Shown one piece after another: positions 56,041 through 64,000 of a stretch of DNA of 64,000 bases. The stretch's first letter is position 1. Every line of letters starts with the position of its first letter. The position numbers and the translations under genes are program-made. Below the pieces are notes generated by a model. It made no database searches and had not been told where the DNA came from. It saw only the letters and a list, made by a program, of their open reading frames with translations. This DNA comes from Patescibacteria group bacterium (GTDB lineage Bacteria > Patescibacteriota > Minisyncoccia > Phycocordibacterales > Phycocordibacteraceae): the NCBI GenBank assembly GCA_004322365.1, contig SCTS01000005.1:3697-67696 (forward strand), given 5' to 3'.

Positions 56041-56904
56041 ATGGTACAAAAAAGTAAATTACGAATAGTATTTTTTGGGACTCCTTCTTTTTCAACATTT
56101 GTACTTGACGAACTAGAGAGCGCTGGAATACTCCCCGCACTCATTGTAACGGTCCCAGATAAACCGGCCGACAGAGGACTCCTCATAAAATCCTCCCCGG
56201 TAAAAGCATGGGGTGAAGAAAGAAGCATTGATGTGCTTCAACCTGAACGTTTAGATTTTTCAGATCCTGCCGCAGACATTATCTTAAACAGTGAGTGGGA
56301 TATGTTTATTGTTGCAGGATATGGAAAACTCCTTCCTTCTGCGCTTCTTGCGATTCCAAAATATGGCACCTTAAATGTGCATCCATCACTCTTACCAAAG
56401 TTTCGTGGCCCGTCCCCTATTGAAAGCCAGATACTGAGCAACTCAAAGGAAGTGGGTGTATCTATCATTCTTCTTGATGAGGAAACTGACCACGGACCAA
56501 TACTTGCGCAAGCTTCCATTACCCCAGAACCATGGCCATTTAGAAGAAACATGGTTGAGGATCTTTTGTGGCACGAAGGTGGAAAACTCTTAGCTGAATC
56601 CATTCCGCTTGTTGTGGACGGCTCACTCAAAGCAGAAGCGCAAAATCACATAGAGGCAACCTTCACACCAAAATTAAAGAAAGAAGATGGGCTCATTGAC
56701 CTCGCTGATGACGCCTATCAAAATTATCTCAAGTTCTGTGCGTACGAAGGCTGGCCAGGAACATACTTCTTTACAAAAAGAGGAGATAAAGAAATACGCA
56801 TCAAAATTATGGACGCAACATATGAAGACGGAACCTTCACTCCTACTCGCATCATTCCTGAAGGAAAAAAAGAAATGGACTACGCAGACTTCCTACGCTC
56901 GTAA
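56041..56904 (+). CDS. fmt: methionyl-tRNA formyltransferase
   Basis: LRIVFFGTP, NVHPSLLPKFRGPSPI (HxSLLPxxRG). def-fmt operon context. Confidence 0.9.
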   Translation: MVQKSKLRIVFFGTPSFSTFVLDELESAGILPALIVTVPDKPADRGLLIKSSPVKAWGEERSIDVLQPERLDFSDPAADIILNSEWDMFIVAGYGKLLPSALLAIPKYGTLNVHPSLLPKFRGPSPIESQILSNSKEVGVSIILLDEETDHGPILAQASITPEPWPFRRNMVEDLLWHEGGKLLAESIPLVVDGSLKAEAQNHIEATFTPKLKKEDGLIDLADDAYQNYLKFCAYEGWPGTYFFTKRGDKEIRIKIMDATYEDGTFTPTRIIPEGKKEMDYADFLRS

Positions 56905-56939
56905 TTTCAGCTACCTTTCATTACTTGAAGCTAAGAAAC

Positions 56940-56985
56940 CCCCGTATAGTATAATTTAACGGTCGTTAAATTATACTATACAGGG
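56940..56985. repeat. family-B palindrome, copy 4, with a G/C clamp and T-run (ccccgtatagtataatttaacggtcgttaaattatactatacagggg ttttt); probable bidirectional terminator
   Basis: Between convergent genes fmt (+) and the M24 peptidase (-). Confidence 0.8.
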
Positions 56986-57445
56986 GTTTTTAACACGCTA
57001 GGTTTTTGATGAGTGATCTTTTTACCTTTTCCTCCCTCTGGGTGATATTCACCCTGCTTGCGTACAAAACTAATAAAAAGCGCGGCTATTCTGTCTACAA
57101 CTTCTGGTTCAAGGTTTGGATCAAATGGATTGAGAGTGCTTGGATCAGGTACTTCTTCTTTCTTTCCCTCTCCCATATTTTTTGTATAAAAATAGAACTA
57201 ATTATCTGTAATCAAAATTTGAAAATCTTCTGGACCAGCCTCGTATATTCGCGCCTTTTGACCTGGCTGAAGTCTGGACTGCACGGCAGTAAACTCTCTG
57301 AGGGCTTGCTCGCGAGTTGGAAGACTGATGTAAAACCACTCATCAGATTTTAGACTTTCTGTAGACATATTTTCTATATATTAGCCTTTACATAAAAATT
57401 ATACCTTCACCGAGGTAAGTGTCAATAGAGCTAAAAACACATACC

Positions 57446-58774
57446 TTAATCGAGATACTCTCTCGTGAGATTTCGAATGCCAGTTTCTATCACCAACACA
57501 TCATCTTCTATGCGCACTCCACCGTAAGGCGCAAGGCGATCAATAAGCTCCCAGTTAAAATGTTTTGCGGTATCGCCATCTCTGTGTGAACGAAGCAACA
57601 TTTCAATAAAATAGACACCTGGCTCTATGGTAAACACGTGCCCAACTTCCATCATCGTATTCGTTCGTAGATTTTCCGTCTCGACAGTCTGCTGTGAATA
57701 TTTTTTTACTCCCCCGACATCATGCACTTGGAGTCCGAGCATATGCCCAACGCCGTGCGGGAAAAATGCCTTAGTTAGTCCAAGGCTCACCGCTTCCTCA
57801 CCGCTTACATTCAAAATACGGAGCGAAGAAAGTAAGTCTCCAATCTTTTTATGCGCTTCCTTTTGTAAATCCACAAAAGAAAGTCCTGGTTTCGCAAGAA
57901 CACAAAGCTCCCGCTGAAGCGTTTCAACGCCGGCAAGAAGTTTAGCAAAAAGAGGGTCGGCATCAGGTGCTACAAATGTACGGGTTACATCTGATGCATA
58001 CCCGAGGTAATTTGCGCCTGCATCGAGGAGTAATGATTTACCACCCCTTATCTCTGTACGCTTTCCTTGATAGTGAAGAGTCGAACCTTTCTCATTAAGG
58101 GCCACAATGGTTTCATAGGGTAACTCTTTTTCAGTACAACCAACGCCATACATATACACCTGATGAATTGCGAGCTCCGAAGCACCGGTCAGGAACATTT
58201 GCTTCGCTACCGCGTGACCTTTGGCAGCAATCTCGTTGGCTTTTGAGATACATGCAATTTCATATTCAGTCTTAAAGCTCCTATTCTTGTCCAAAGAAGC
58301 AATGAGTTCAGACGGGTTTATGCAATCCTCTACAATCCCTCGTTTTTTCGTCCACTCTGGGTTGTCGCCAATATATGCAATGCGCTGAATATTGGACCTC
58401 ATAGGTTCCATATTCAAAAGCTCTTGCCAAGCTGAATCGGCATTGGACACTTCGCGGAAGTCGAATTCTGAAAGCCAGAAATTGTTTTTAAGTGAAGTTT
58501 GTTCATGCCAAAAATCATCGGGCTTTACACGAATCAGTAGCGGTTTAATATTCGGGTGTATTAAAAGAAAATTACCTGGTTCGTTCAAAGGTGTCCAGTG
58601 TGCAAAGTGTGCATACGCACGAAACGGTGCGTCTTGGTCATCGGTATAGTATCGAAGTGGAGTGCCGGAATAAATAATAAGAGCATCAAATCCTGAAATA
58701 GAAATAATATCTAAAACCTTTTGTTTTTGTTCAGTAATGTGCGCAGAATAAAGAGAAAGAATCTCGTCTTTCAT
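57446..58774 (-). CDS. Xaa-Pro aminopeptidase / prolidase (M24B family)
   Basis: HGVGHMLGLQVHDVGG and other metal-ligand motifs of the pita-bread fold. 442 aa. Confidence 0.85.
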   Translation of the reverse strand: MKDEILSLYSAHITEQKQKVLDIISISGFDALIIYSGTPLRYYTDDQDAPFRAYAHFAHWTPLNEPGNFLLIHPNIKPLLIRVKPDDFWHEQTSLKNNFWLSEFDFREVSNADSAWQELLNMEPMRSNIQRIAYIGDNPEWTKKRGIVEDCINPSELIASLDKNRSFKTEYEIACISKANEIAAKGHAVAKQMFLTGASELAIHQVYMYGVGCTEKELPYETIVALNEKGSTLHYQGKRTEIRGGKSLLLDAGANYLGYASDVTRTFVAPDADPLFAKLLAGVETLQRELCVLAKPGLSFVDLQKEAHKKIGDLLSSLRILNVSGEEAVSLGLTKAFFPHGVGHMLGLQVHDVGGVKKYSQQTVETENLRTNTMMEVGHVFTIEPGVYFIEMLLRSHRDGDTAKHFNWELIDRLAPYGGVRIEDDVLVIETGIRNLTREYLD

Positions 58775-59142
58775 GAGCCACTAAACCCTCGGAAAAAATC
58801 TTTTATTTTTGTAGCACCACGGCGCATGAGCGTGCGCTTGCGCTCAAAAGTCTTTCGGATTTCCCTTCGTGCCTCTTCAGCCACTACCTCAACTGCGTGA
58901 TGGAGAGTTTCTTCTATCGCTTCCGCGCGCACAAAACCACCAGCAAACCGCACATTGATTTCAGCACGAAATACATCACCTGTTTTTTGTCCGCGCGTGG
59001 TTGTTGCAAGCTCTATATCCGCCATCGTACTCGTATCATAAGAGTCAAGAAGATGTTCAATTTTACGCACCTTTTCCGCAACAAACTCACGGAGCTCTTC
59101 CGTTAAAATTACCGAACCGCTGGCTTTGAGATTTGTGTGCAT
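58771..59142 (-). CDS. hpf: ribosome hibernation promoting factor (HPF/RaiA, S30AE family)
   Basis: ITEELREFVAEKVRKIEHL...FRAEINVRFAGGFVRAEA matches the S30AE pattern. Confidence 0.85.
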   Translation of the reverse strand: MHTNLKASGSVILTEELREFVAEKVRKIEHLLDSYDTSTMADIELATTTRGQKTGDVFRAEINVRFAGGFVRAEAIEETLHHAVEVVAEEARREIRKTFERKRTLMRRGATKIKDFFRGFSGS

Positions 59143-59151
59143 ATTTGGAAG

Positions 59152-59397
59152 TTATCTCTTATAAACTAATATCATCTTACTACGGGACTCAGAACCTTTC
59201 GTGATAATCACATTTTTCCTTGGTACCCCAAAATGCTCGGCAAGTAACTCACAAACCCGTACGTTTGCACGATTATTCTTAGCTGGATCTTTCACGCTAA
59301 CTTCAAGTACACCCTTCTTTCCTTCATTCACAGCATTCTTCTTTGTGTCAGACGTCACACGCACACGAACTATTAGAGGTTCAGTGGGAGTAGTCAT
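59152..59397 (-). CDS. DUF167 (YggU-like) family protein
   Basis: 81 aa with ...VRVTSDTKKNAVNEGKKGVLEVSVKDPAKNNRANVRVCELLAEHFGVPRKNVIITKGSESRSKMI..., the typical UPF0235/DUF167 pattern. Confidence 0.7.
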   Translation of the reverse strand: MTTPTEPLIVRVRVTSDTKKNAVNEGKKGVLEVSVKDPAKNNRANVRVCELLAEHFGVPRKNVIITKGSESRSKMILVYKR

Positions 59398-59455
59398 ATA
59401 AATTAATAGTTATCTTCAATATAGAACATTCAGCGTATTGTAGCTCTCCACTACT

Positions 59456-59495
59456 AAAAATAGAATAGGTTGCATATGCAACCTATTCTATTTTT
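59456..59495. terminator. 40-bp perfect palindrome (aaaaatagaataggttgcatatgcaacctattctattttt); bidirectional terminator-like
   Basis: Unique sequence, not family B. Long AT-rich stem with A-run/T-run flanks. Confidence 0.6.
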
Positions 59496-59517
59496 AGACG
59501 GAGAACTTTCTAGGATG

Positions 59518-60276
59518 TTACTTCCAGAAGCCGAAATGGAAACGGTCCTTGAAAGATTGAATTCTTCCTTTGAATGTTTTGTGTCCATTTACATCCTCAC
59601 GCACTATTCCGACTTTTGTGGCAGTAAAAGTTTTTGTAGCACTATCGTAAGCACCTGAAACCTTTACTTGATCAGCTACCTTGATTTGTGCGAAAGCAAG
59701 AGCAATATCACCATTAGTTATTACGGAACTTGTTGCAAGTTTAACTGTAACAACGCCTTCGGCACCTTTGCTCGCTAACATGAACTTCATATTGACTACA
59801 TCGATACTTTGCACGCTACCGTGAAGTGCTCGAATATTCTCTACCTGTACAGGACGCGACCAATCTTTAACCGCCTTAGCGTCTACGGTCAGTCCTGAAG
59901 TTCCTGTATTGAGTGTTCCTCCGAAACTTATATAGTCACCAATTAGGATTGTAGAGAGCGATGACGATCCATCAGCACGATGAGTAAAGACAGTGTTTGC
60001 ATTTGTACGAACACTCCACGAGAGAACTGTTGCACCAAAAGCAGTCTCTGCACTAATCACTGAACCAGATACGGCAGTGACTTTTGCTCCACGAACAAGT
60101 ACTGAATTGTTATCTTCGATGCGAATTTCAAGCGCTGAACCAACAGCGTGCGGACCTGACCTCTTCTTCCCTTCATTTTCATTTGCTGAAGCAAGAAAAG
60201 GACTAATGAATAAAGAACCGAGCACAATTAATGCTACTGGCGCTACGAGGGCGAAACGTTTAGAGATAGTGTACAT
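59518..60276 (-). CDS. secreted protein with repeated beta-rich modules (DUF5666-like)
   Basis: Signal peptide. Repeated V-x-V/G-x-V segments (VLVRGAKVTAVSGSVISAET, VVTVKLATSSVITNGDIAL) reminiscent of DUF5666 OB-fold-like repeats. Confidence 0.4.
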   Translation of the reverse strand: MYTISKRFALVAPVALIVLGSLFISPFLASANENEGKKRSGPHAVGSALEIRIEDNNSVLVRGAKVTAVSGSVISAETAFGATVLSWSVRTNANTVFTHRADGSSSLSTILIGDYISFGGTLNTGTSGLTVDAKAVKDWSRPVQVENIRALHGSVQSIDVVNMKFMLASKGAEGVVTVKLATSSVITNGDIALAFAQIKVADQVKVSGAYDSATKTFTATKVGIVREDVNGHKTFKGRIQSFKDRFHFGFWK

Positions 60277-60382
60277 ATTTTTATGTGTGCACGCGTACTG
60301 CGTGTCTTTTAGAATTAACGGCCTGCCAATCAGACCTACATATAAGACGCCTGACCCCGCATTCTCTTACCAAAAAATACCC

Positions 60383-61225
60383 TTACAGAACAGCTTGGAT
60401 TTCTGAAACAAGACCTTCTGTTGCTTTTCGTGAGGCTTGTGCAAAATCAGCTCCGCTCGATGCAAAAATAATACTTCTCGATGCACTAATTATCATCCCA
60501 AAACCCTTACTGTCTTTTCCTGCCATGACTGTCTTTTGAATATCTCCACCTTGTGCACCAATTCCCGGAATCAAAATTGGCATGTCGCCAATAATAGTCC
60601 GCACCTCGGCAAGCTCTTCAGGATAGGTCGCACCCACAACAACACTACAATTTCCATTTGCATTCCATGAGTTTGCGATATTTCTTGCCACCACCTTGTA
60701 GAGTGGCTCTCCAGAATCAGCAACCTTTAAATTTTGAAATTCTCCCCCTCCCGAATTTGAAGTTTTCACTAATACAATAACCCCCTTATCTTTACGATCA
60801 AGAAACGGCTGAACCGCCTCTTTCCCTAGATATGGATGGATAGTAATGGCATCAGCCCCCAACTCATCAAACACAGCCTTCACATAGTAAAGATTAGTAT
60901 TACCAATATCGGCTCGCTTTGCATCTAAGATAATTGGAATTTCTGCATACGCATCTCTGATGTGTGCCACTGTTCGCGCAAGGGCTCGTGCTCCGGCTTC
61001 TCCGTGTGCTTCATAAAACGCTATATTTGGTTTGTACGCGCACACAAGATCAGCGGTGGCGTCTATAATTTCTCTATTGAAAGCAAAGAGCACTTCTTCA
61101 ATCGACGAATTTTCTGCTTTAAGAACAGCGGGAATTTCTGCAAAATCAGGATCAAGACCAACACAAATCATACCAACCTGCGACCAACGATTCTGTATTT
61201 TTTCTGTAAAAGTGGCTTCTTTCAT
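60383..61225 (-). CDS. pyrF: orotidine 5'-phosphate decarboxylase (long, type-2 form)
   Basis: 280 aa. ILDAKRADIGNT (catalytic Lys/Asp region), VTIHPYLG. Confidence 0.75.
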   Translation of the reverse strand: MKEATFTEKIQNRWSQVGMICVGLDPDFAEIPAVLKAENSSIEEVLFAFNREIIDATADLVCAYKPNIAFYEAHGEAGARALARTVAHIRDAYAEIPIILDAKRADIGNTNLYYVKAVFDELGADAITIHPYLGKEAVQPFLDRKDKGVIVLVKTSNSGGGEFQNLKVADSGEPLYKVVARNIANSWNANGNCSVVVGATYPEELAEVRTIIGDMPILIPGIGAQGGDIQKTVMAGKDSKGFGMIISASRSIIFASSGADFAQASRKATEGLVSEIQAVL

Positions 61226-61329
61226 AAGTCTTTTGTAGAACAGAAGGTTGATTATACGACTAAGGCTATATACCTTGCGCCCATGATACTATGAATGGGT
61301 ATAATTATTTAATAAATAAGCACCACACT

Positions 61330-61491
61330 ATGGAGCCAGTTATAGGATATTGCGTTAAGTGTAAGGAGAAGCGTGAAATGAAGGATGCTTCGGAGGTCGC
61401 TATGGGTAAGACCGGAGACCGCCGTGCTATGAAGGGTACCTGCACCGTATGTAGTACGGGTATGTACAAGATTCTCGGCAAGGCAAAATAG
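61330..61491 (+). CDS. small zinc-ribbon protein (CxxC...CxxC)
   Basis: MEPVIGYCVKCKEKREMKDASEVAMGKTGDRRAMKGTCTVCSTGMYKILGKAK contains two CxxC pairs. Followed by a strong terminator. Confidence 0.45.
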   Translation: MEPVIGYCVKCKEKREMKDASEVAMGKTGDRRAMKGTCTVCSTGMYKILGKAK

Positions 61492-61501
61492 TTTTTAACT
61501 C

Positions 61502-61536
61502 AAAAAACACCCGCACCTACAGTGCGGGTGTTTTTT
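61502..61536. terminator. bidirectional rho-independent terminator (aaaaaacacccgcacctacagtgcgggtgtttttt)
   Basis: Perfect GC-rich hairpin with flanking A-run and T-run. Overlaps the 3' end of the EamA gene. Confidence 0.85.
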
Positions 61537-62407
61537 GTTTATGCTGACTCAGTAACAGCACACCTAAAAACATCGGTACGAATGCAAAAACTTGCCATAC
61601 GGTTGGAACTGCACTCAAAAGTACATAGGCAAATAGTAATGTAACGAGAGGTGAAAGACTCGCTAGGGCATTTGCCTTCGTAACACTAATACGGTGTATG
61701 CCTTCTATCCAAAGAATTTTACTGAACCCAAAAAGAAAAATACCATTAATCAAAAGAATCCATACGATCCCGCCATCAAAATTAATACTGAGAGGATTTG
61801 TACCGAAGGCATATGCAAGGCAAAAAACTGCGACAGTTGTAACAACGCTACGGACAAACATAATGCTTTCACTCGACACTTCTATCCTCGCCCTTCTTTG
61901 TAATAAATTACCGAAGGGTGCAATCAAAGATGCTCCAAGGATAAGAAGATCTCCTATTTGGAATGCGTGTATATTGGGATAGAGAATTACTCCTGCGGCA
62001 AAAATCATTAACACCGCTCCAATAAGGTGGATTGGTGGAATATGTTCTTTTCTAAATAAATGAAAAAAACAGTAACTAAAAAATAATTCCGACAATGCAA
62101 TAATGCTTGCGTTCCCTGCGCTCGTATACTGCAGACCAAAAAAGAAAAGTATGTAGTAAAGGAATCCCAAAACAAACGCCGTAAGAAGCACATCCTTCAT
62201 CGCGCGAGGATTCCATACATCTGCCCATTTCCCACGCACGGTCAGCAGAGCACCAAAAACTCCTGCCGCAAAAAGAGTGCTCCAACCTAGAGACACCAAT
62301 GGCGTGATTGAGGTGAAAGAAAGGATGGTAATGACAGGAAAAGCTCCCCACAACACTGCCTCAGAAAGAATACATACATCGCCAACGCGTTCACGACTAA
62401 GCTTCAT
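61517..62407 (-). CDS. EamA/DMT-superfamily transporter
   Basis: 296 aa, about 10 TM helices in two repeats. Confidence 0.65.
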   Translation of the reverse strand: MKLSRERVGDVCILSEAVLWGAFPVITILSFTSITPLVSLGWSTLFAAGVFGALLTVRGKWADVWNPRAMKDVLLTAFVLGFLYYILFFFGLQYTSAGNASIIALSELFFSYCFFHLFRKEHIPPIHLIGAVLMIFAAGVILYPNIHAFQIGDLLILGASLIAPFGNLLQRRARIEVSSESIMFVRSVVTTVAVFCLAYAFGTNPLSINFDGGIVWILLINGIFLFGFSKILWIEGIHRISVTKANALASLSPLVTLLFAYVLLSAVPTVWQVFAFVPMFLGVLLLSQHKQKTPAL

Positions 62408-62457
62408 GATCTTATTAGTATATATGGATACAGAAAGAAAATGATAGGATTAAAAAC

Positions 62458-63177
62458 ATGGAAATAGTCAGGAATCCCAACGAGGAGACATTGAAACAAG
62501 AAGCCGGCACATACCTCTCGTCCTTGATCGCCAAAGAAGGAAACGCCCCACTACTTATACTTTTCTCAAGTGGCTCTGCACTTGAGATACTTAGCTATGC
62601 CGCTACACCTGAAGATACATCTAATCTCACCCTTGGTGTTTTGGACGAACGATTTACAAAAAATCCAAAAGAAAATAACTGCGTATCTCTGAAAGAAACA
62701 TCGTTCTACAAAAATGTAGTGATCGGAGGCGCACGCATTATTGATACGAGTATGCGCTTTGAGAGAGTCGAGACACTTGCGGAGACCATGAACAGTGCGT
62801 GGGAGAAATGGATTAAAGAGAATCCAGGTGGACATATACTCGCGACTTTTGGCATGGGGGCTGACGGCCATACGTCCGGCATCATGCCGTACCCAGAAGA
62901 TAGCGGGATGTTCGATATACTTTTTGAAGATGAGAGGAAGGCTGTCGTTGGCTACGATGCTCGAGGGAAAAACCCAATACCTCTCCGAGCAACTTCCACA
63001 CTTCCCTTTCTGCGTACGCATATTACAGGAGGGGTAGTCTACATTGCTGGCGAAAACAAACGACCCGCACTAGAGAGAGTGCTCTGCGACACTGGAACAA
63101 TAGCCGAAACACCAGCAAGAATCTTCAAAGAAATGAAATCAATACGGCTGTTTACGAATAGTATAGAAACTAACTAA
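62458..63177 (+). CDS. 6-phosphogluconolactonase / glucosamine-6-phosphate deaminase-family protein
   Basis: GMGADGHTSGIMP matches the GxGxDGHTAS motif of the Pgl/NagB family. Confidence 0.7.
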   Translation: MEIVRNPNEETLKQEAGTYLSSLIAKEGNAPLLILFSSGSALEILSYAATPEDTSNLTLGVLDERFTKNPKENNCVSLKETSFYKNVVIGGARIIDTSMRFERVETLAETMNSAWEKWIKENPGGHILATFGMGADGHTSGIMPYPEDSGMFDILFEDERKAVVGYDARGKNPIPLRATSTLPFLRTHITGGVVYIAGENKRPALERVLCDTGTIAETPARIFKEMKSIRLFTNSIETN

Positions 63178-63182
63178 AAAAT

Positions 63183-63809
63183 ATGTTCGGTGGAATTATC
63201 AGGAACACTGAAAAAATACTTAGTGCCGAGATTGTTTCGTCACTATACGAAGTGCGCATCTCAAAGCCAACAGCATGGAGGTTACGGTTGGGTCAAAGTA
63301 TTTCTATTGACGGTATTTGTTCAACTATATCCGCATTGGGTAAAACTTTTTTTGAAGTGCAGTATGTCCCAGAAACCTGCTCTCGAACAACTGCAAAAAC
63401 CTTTATTCCAGGTCGAGTCGTAAACGTAGAGCAGTCCATCACCCTTCGTACATTGCTTGATGGACACATTATCTCAGGACACGTCGATAGTGTGGCTCAT
63501 GTCACGGACTTTAAACACAACGAAGTCAACGGAGTGCTCACGCTTCGTATACCACAGCAACTAATGCACTACATTGTCCCCCAAGGCTCTGTGGCTATAA
63601 ATGGAGTAAGCGTCACAGTACAAACAGTGAAAAGTAACACAATCCATATCGCCCTCATTCCAGAAACTCTTAAACGAACAAACCTTGGAAGCATCGAAAA
63701 AGACAGTGCTGTAAACTTGGAGATAGATATACTGGCCAGATATGCTCTCCGTGCTACGCTAAAACCACATGCAAAGAAAGCACTACGCAAAAAAAAGACC
63801 AACACATAA
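63183..63809 (+). CDS. ribE: riboflavin synthase (alpha chain)
   Basis: MFGGIIRNTEKI...SISIDGICSTIS... and a second repeat ...SVAINGVSVTVQ.... Canonical two-barrel riboflavin synthase. Confidence 0.9.
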   Translation: MFGGIIRNTEKILSAEIVSSLYEVRISKPTAWRLRLGQSISIDGICSTISALGKTFFEVQYVPETCSRTTAKTFIPGRVVNVEQSITLRTLLDGHIISGHVDSVAHVTDFKHNEVNGVLTLRIPQQLMHYIVPQGSVAINGVSVTVQTVKSNTIHIALIPETLKRTNLGSIEKDSAVNLEIDILARYALRATLKPHAKKALRKKKTNT

Positions 63810-64000
63810 CGGATCAAAATTATCCTTTGGTATTGCCGTTTCCCGTTTTAATACCGACATAACCTCATCCCTTTTGGAGAGCGCACTCAAAACCCTCAGC
63901 GAGTCAGGGGTGCATAAAAAGAATATAACGATTCTTGAAGTGCCTGGTAGTTTCGAACTACCTTATGCATGCCTCATGCTTTCTCAAAAGAAACCTGACG
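63766..64000 (+). CDS. ribH: 6,7-dimethyl-8-ribityllumazine synthase, N-terminal part (truncated by the window end)
   Basis: My own translation of frame 1 gives ...FGIAVSRFNTDITSSLLESALKTLSESGVHKKNITILEVPGSFELPYACLML..., the canonical RibH N-terminus. The only in-frame ATG is at 63766, overlapping the ribE end, so the start is uncertain. Confidence 0.7.

Noticed and set aside
56976-57353. Small ORFs (66 aa on -, 115 aa on +) between fmt and the M24 peptidase
   Set aside because: An AT-rich intergenic region carrying the family-B palindrome/terminator. The ORFs are low-complexity and unsupported.

Overview
This 64 kb window looks like a chromosomal segment from a small-genome bacterium. Several proteins (a DUF5667-type secreted coiled-coil protein, DUF5666-like and Ada-Zn-ribbon-like small secreted proteins, a class-I LysRS, very compact genes) resemble what is typically reported for CPR/Patescibacteria-like lineages; this is inference only. 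Most of the window is ordinary core genome with high-confidence calls: ribosomal proteins L27, L9 and L21; CtpA, CorA, DnaB, RecR, GlmS, RmuC; a complete dcw block (mraZ-rsmH-ftsL-ftsI-murF); a complete rod-shape block (mreB-mreC-mreD-mrdA) plus a second MreB paralog; ProRS, CsaA, RseP, RRF, alanine racemase, delta'-like clamp-loader subunit, MurA, a degenerate PriA homolog, def-fmt, an M24 peptidase, HPF, PyrF, riboflavin synthase and lumazine synthase. Three things stand out. First, the left edge carries a phage-like lysis/structural module (M15 endolysin, holin, capsid-like protein) followed by about 1.6 kb with almost no credible coding. Second, an accessory island (about 25.1–31.5 kb) abuts tRNA-Glu(CUC), whose 3' end is reiterated as degenerate att-like direct repeats. 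The island carries a HicAB toxin–antitoxin pair, membrane and secreted proteins, and a translationally coupled four-gene operon: a GHKL-like ATPase with a basic N-terminal extension, a STAS-like (DUF4325-like) protein, a 2-TM protein and a PspC-domain protein. I consider this operon the best candidate for an undescribed conflict or stress-signalling system. Third, three distinct intergenic repeat families (a 42-bp perfect palindrome, a 40-bp GGATCC-centred element, and heptamer arrays built on AGCT/CTAG cores) recur together at gene boundaries, and one copy is flanked by a 16-bp direct duplication. No CRISPR array and no rRNA were found.
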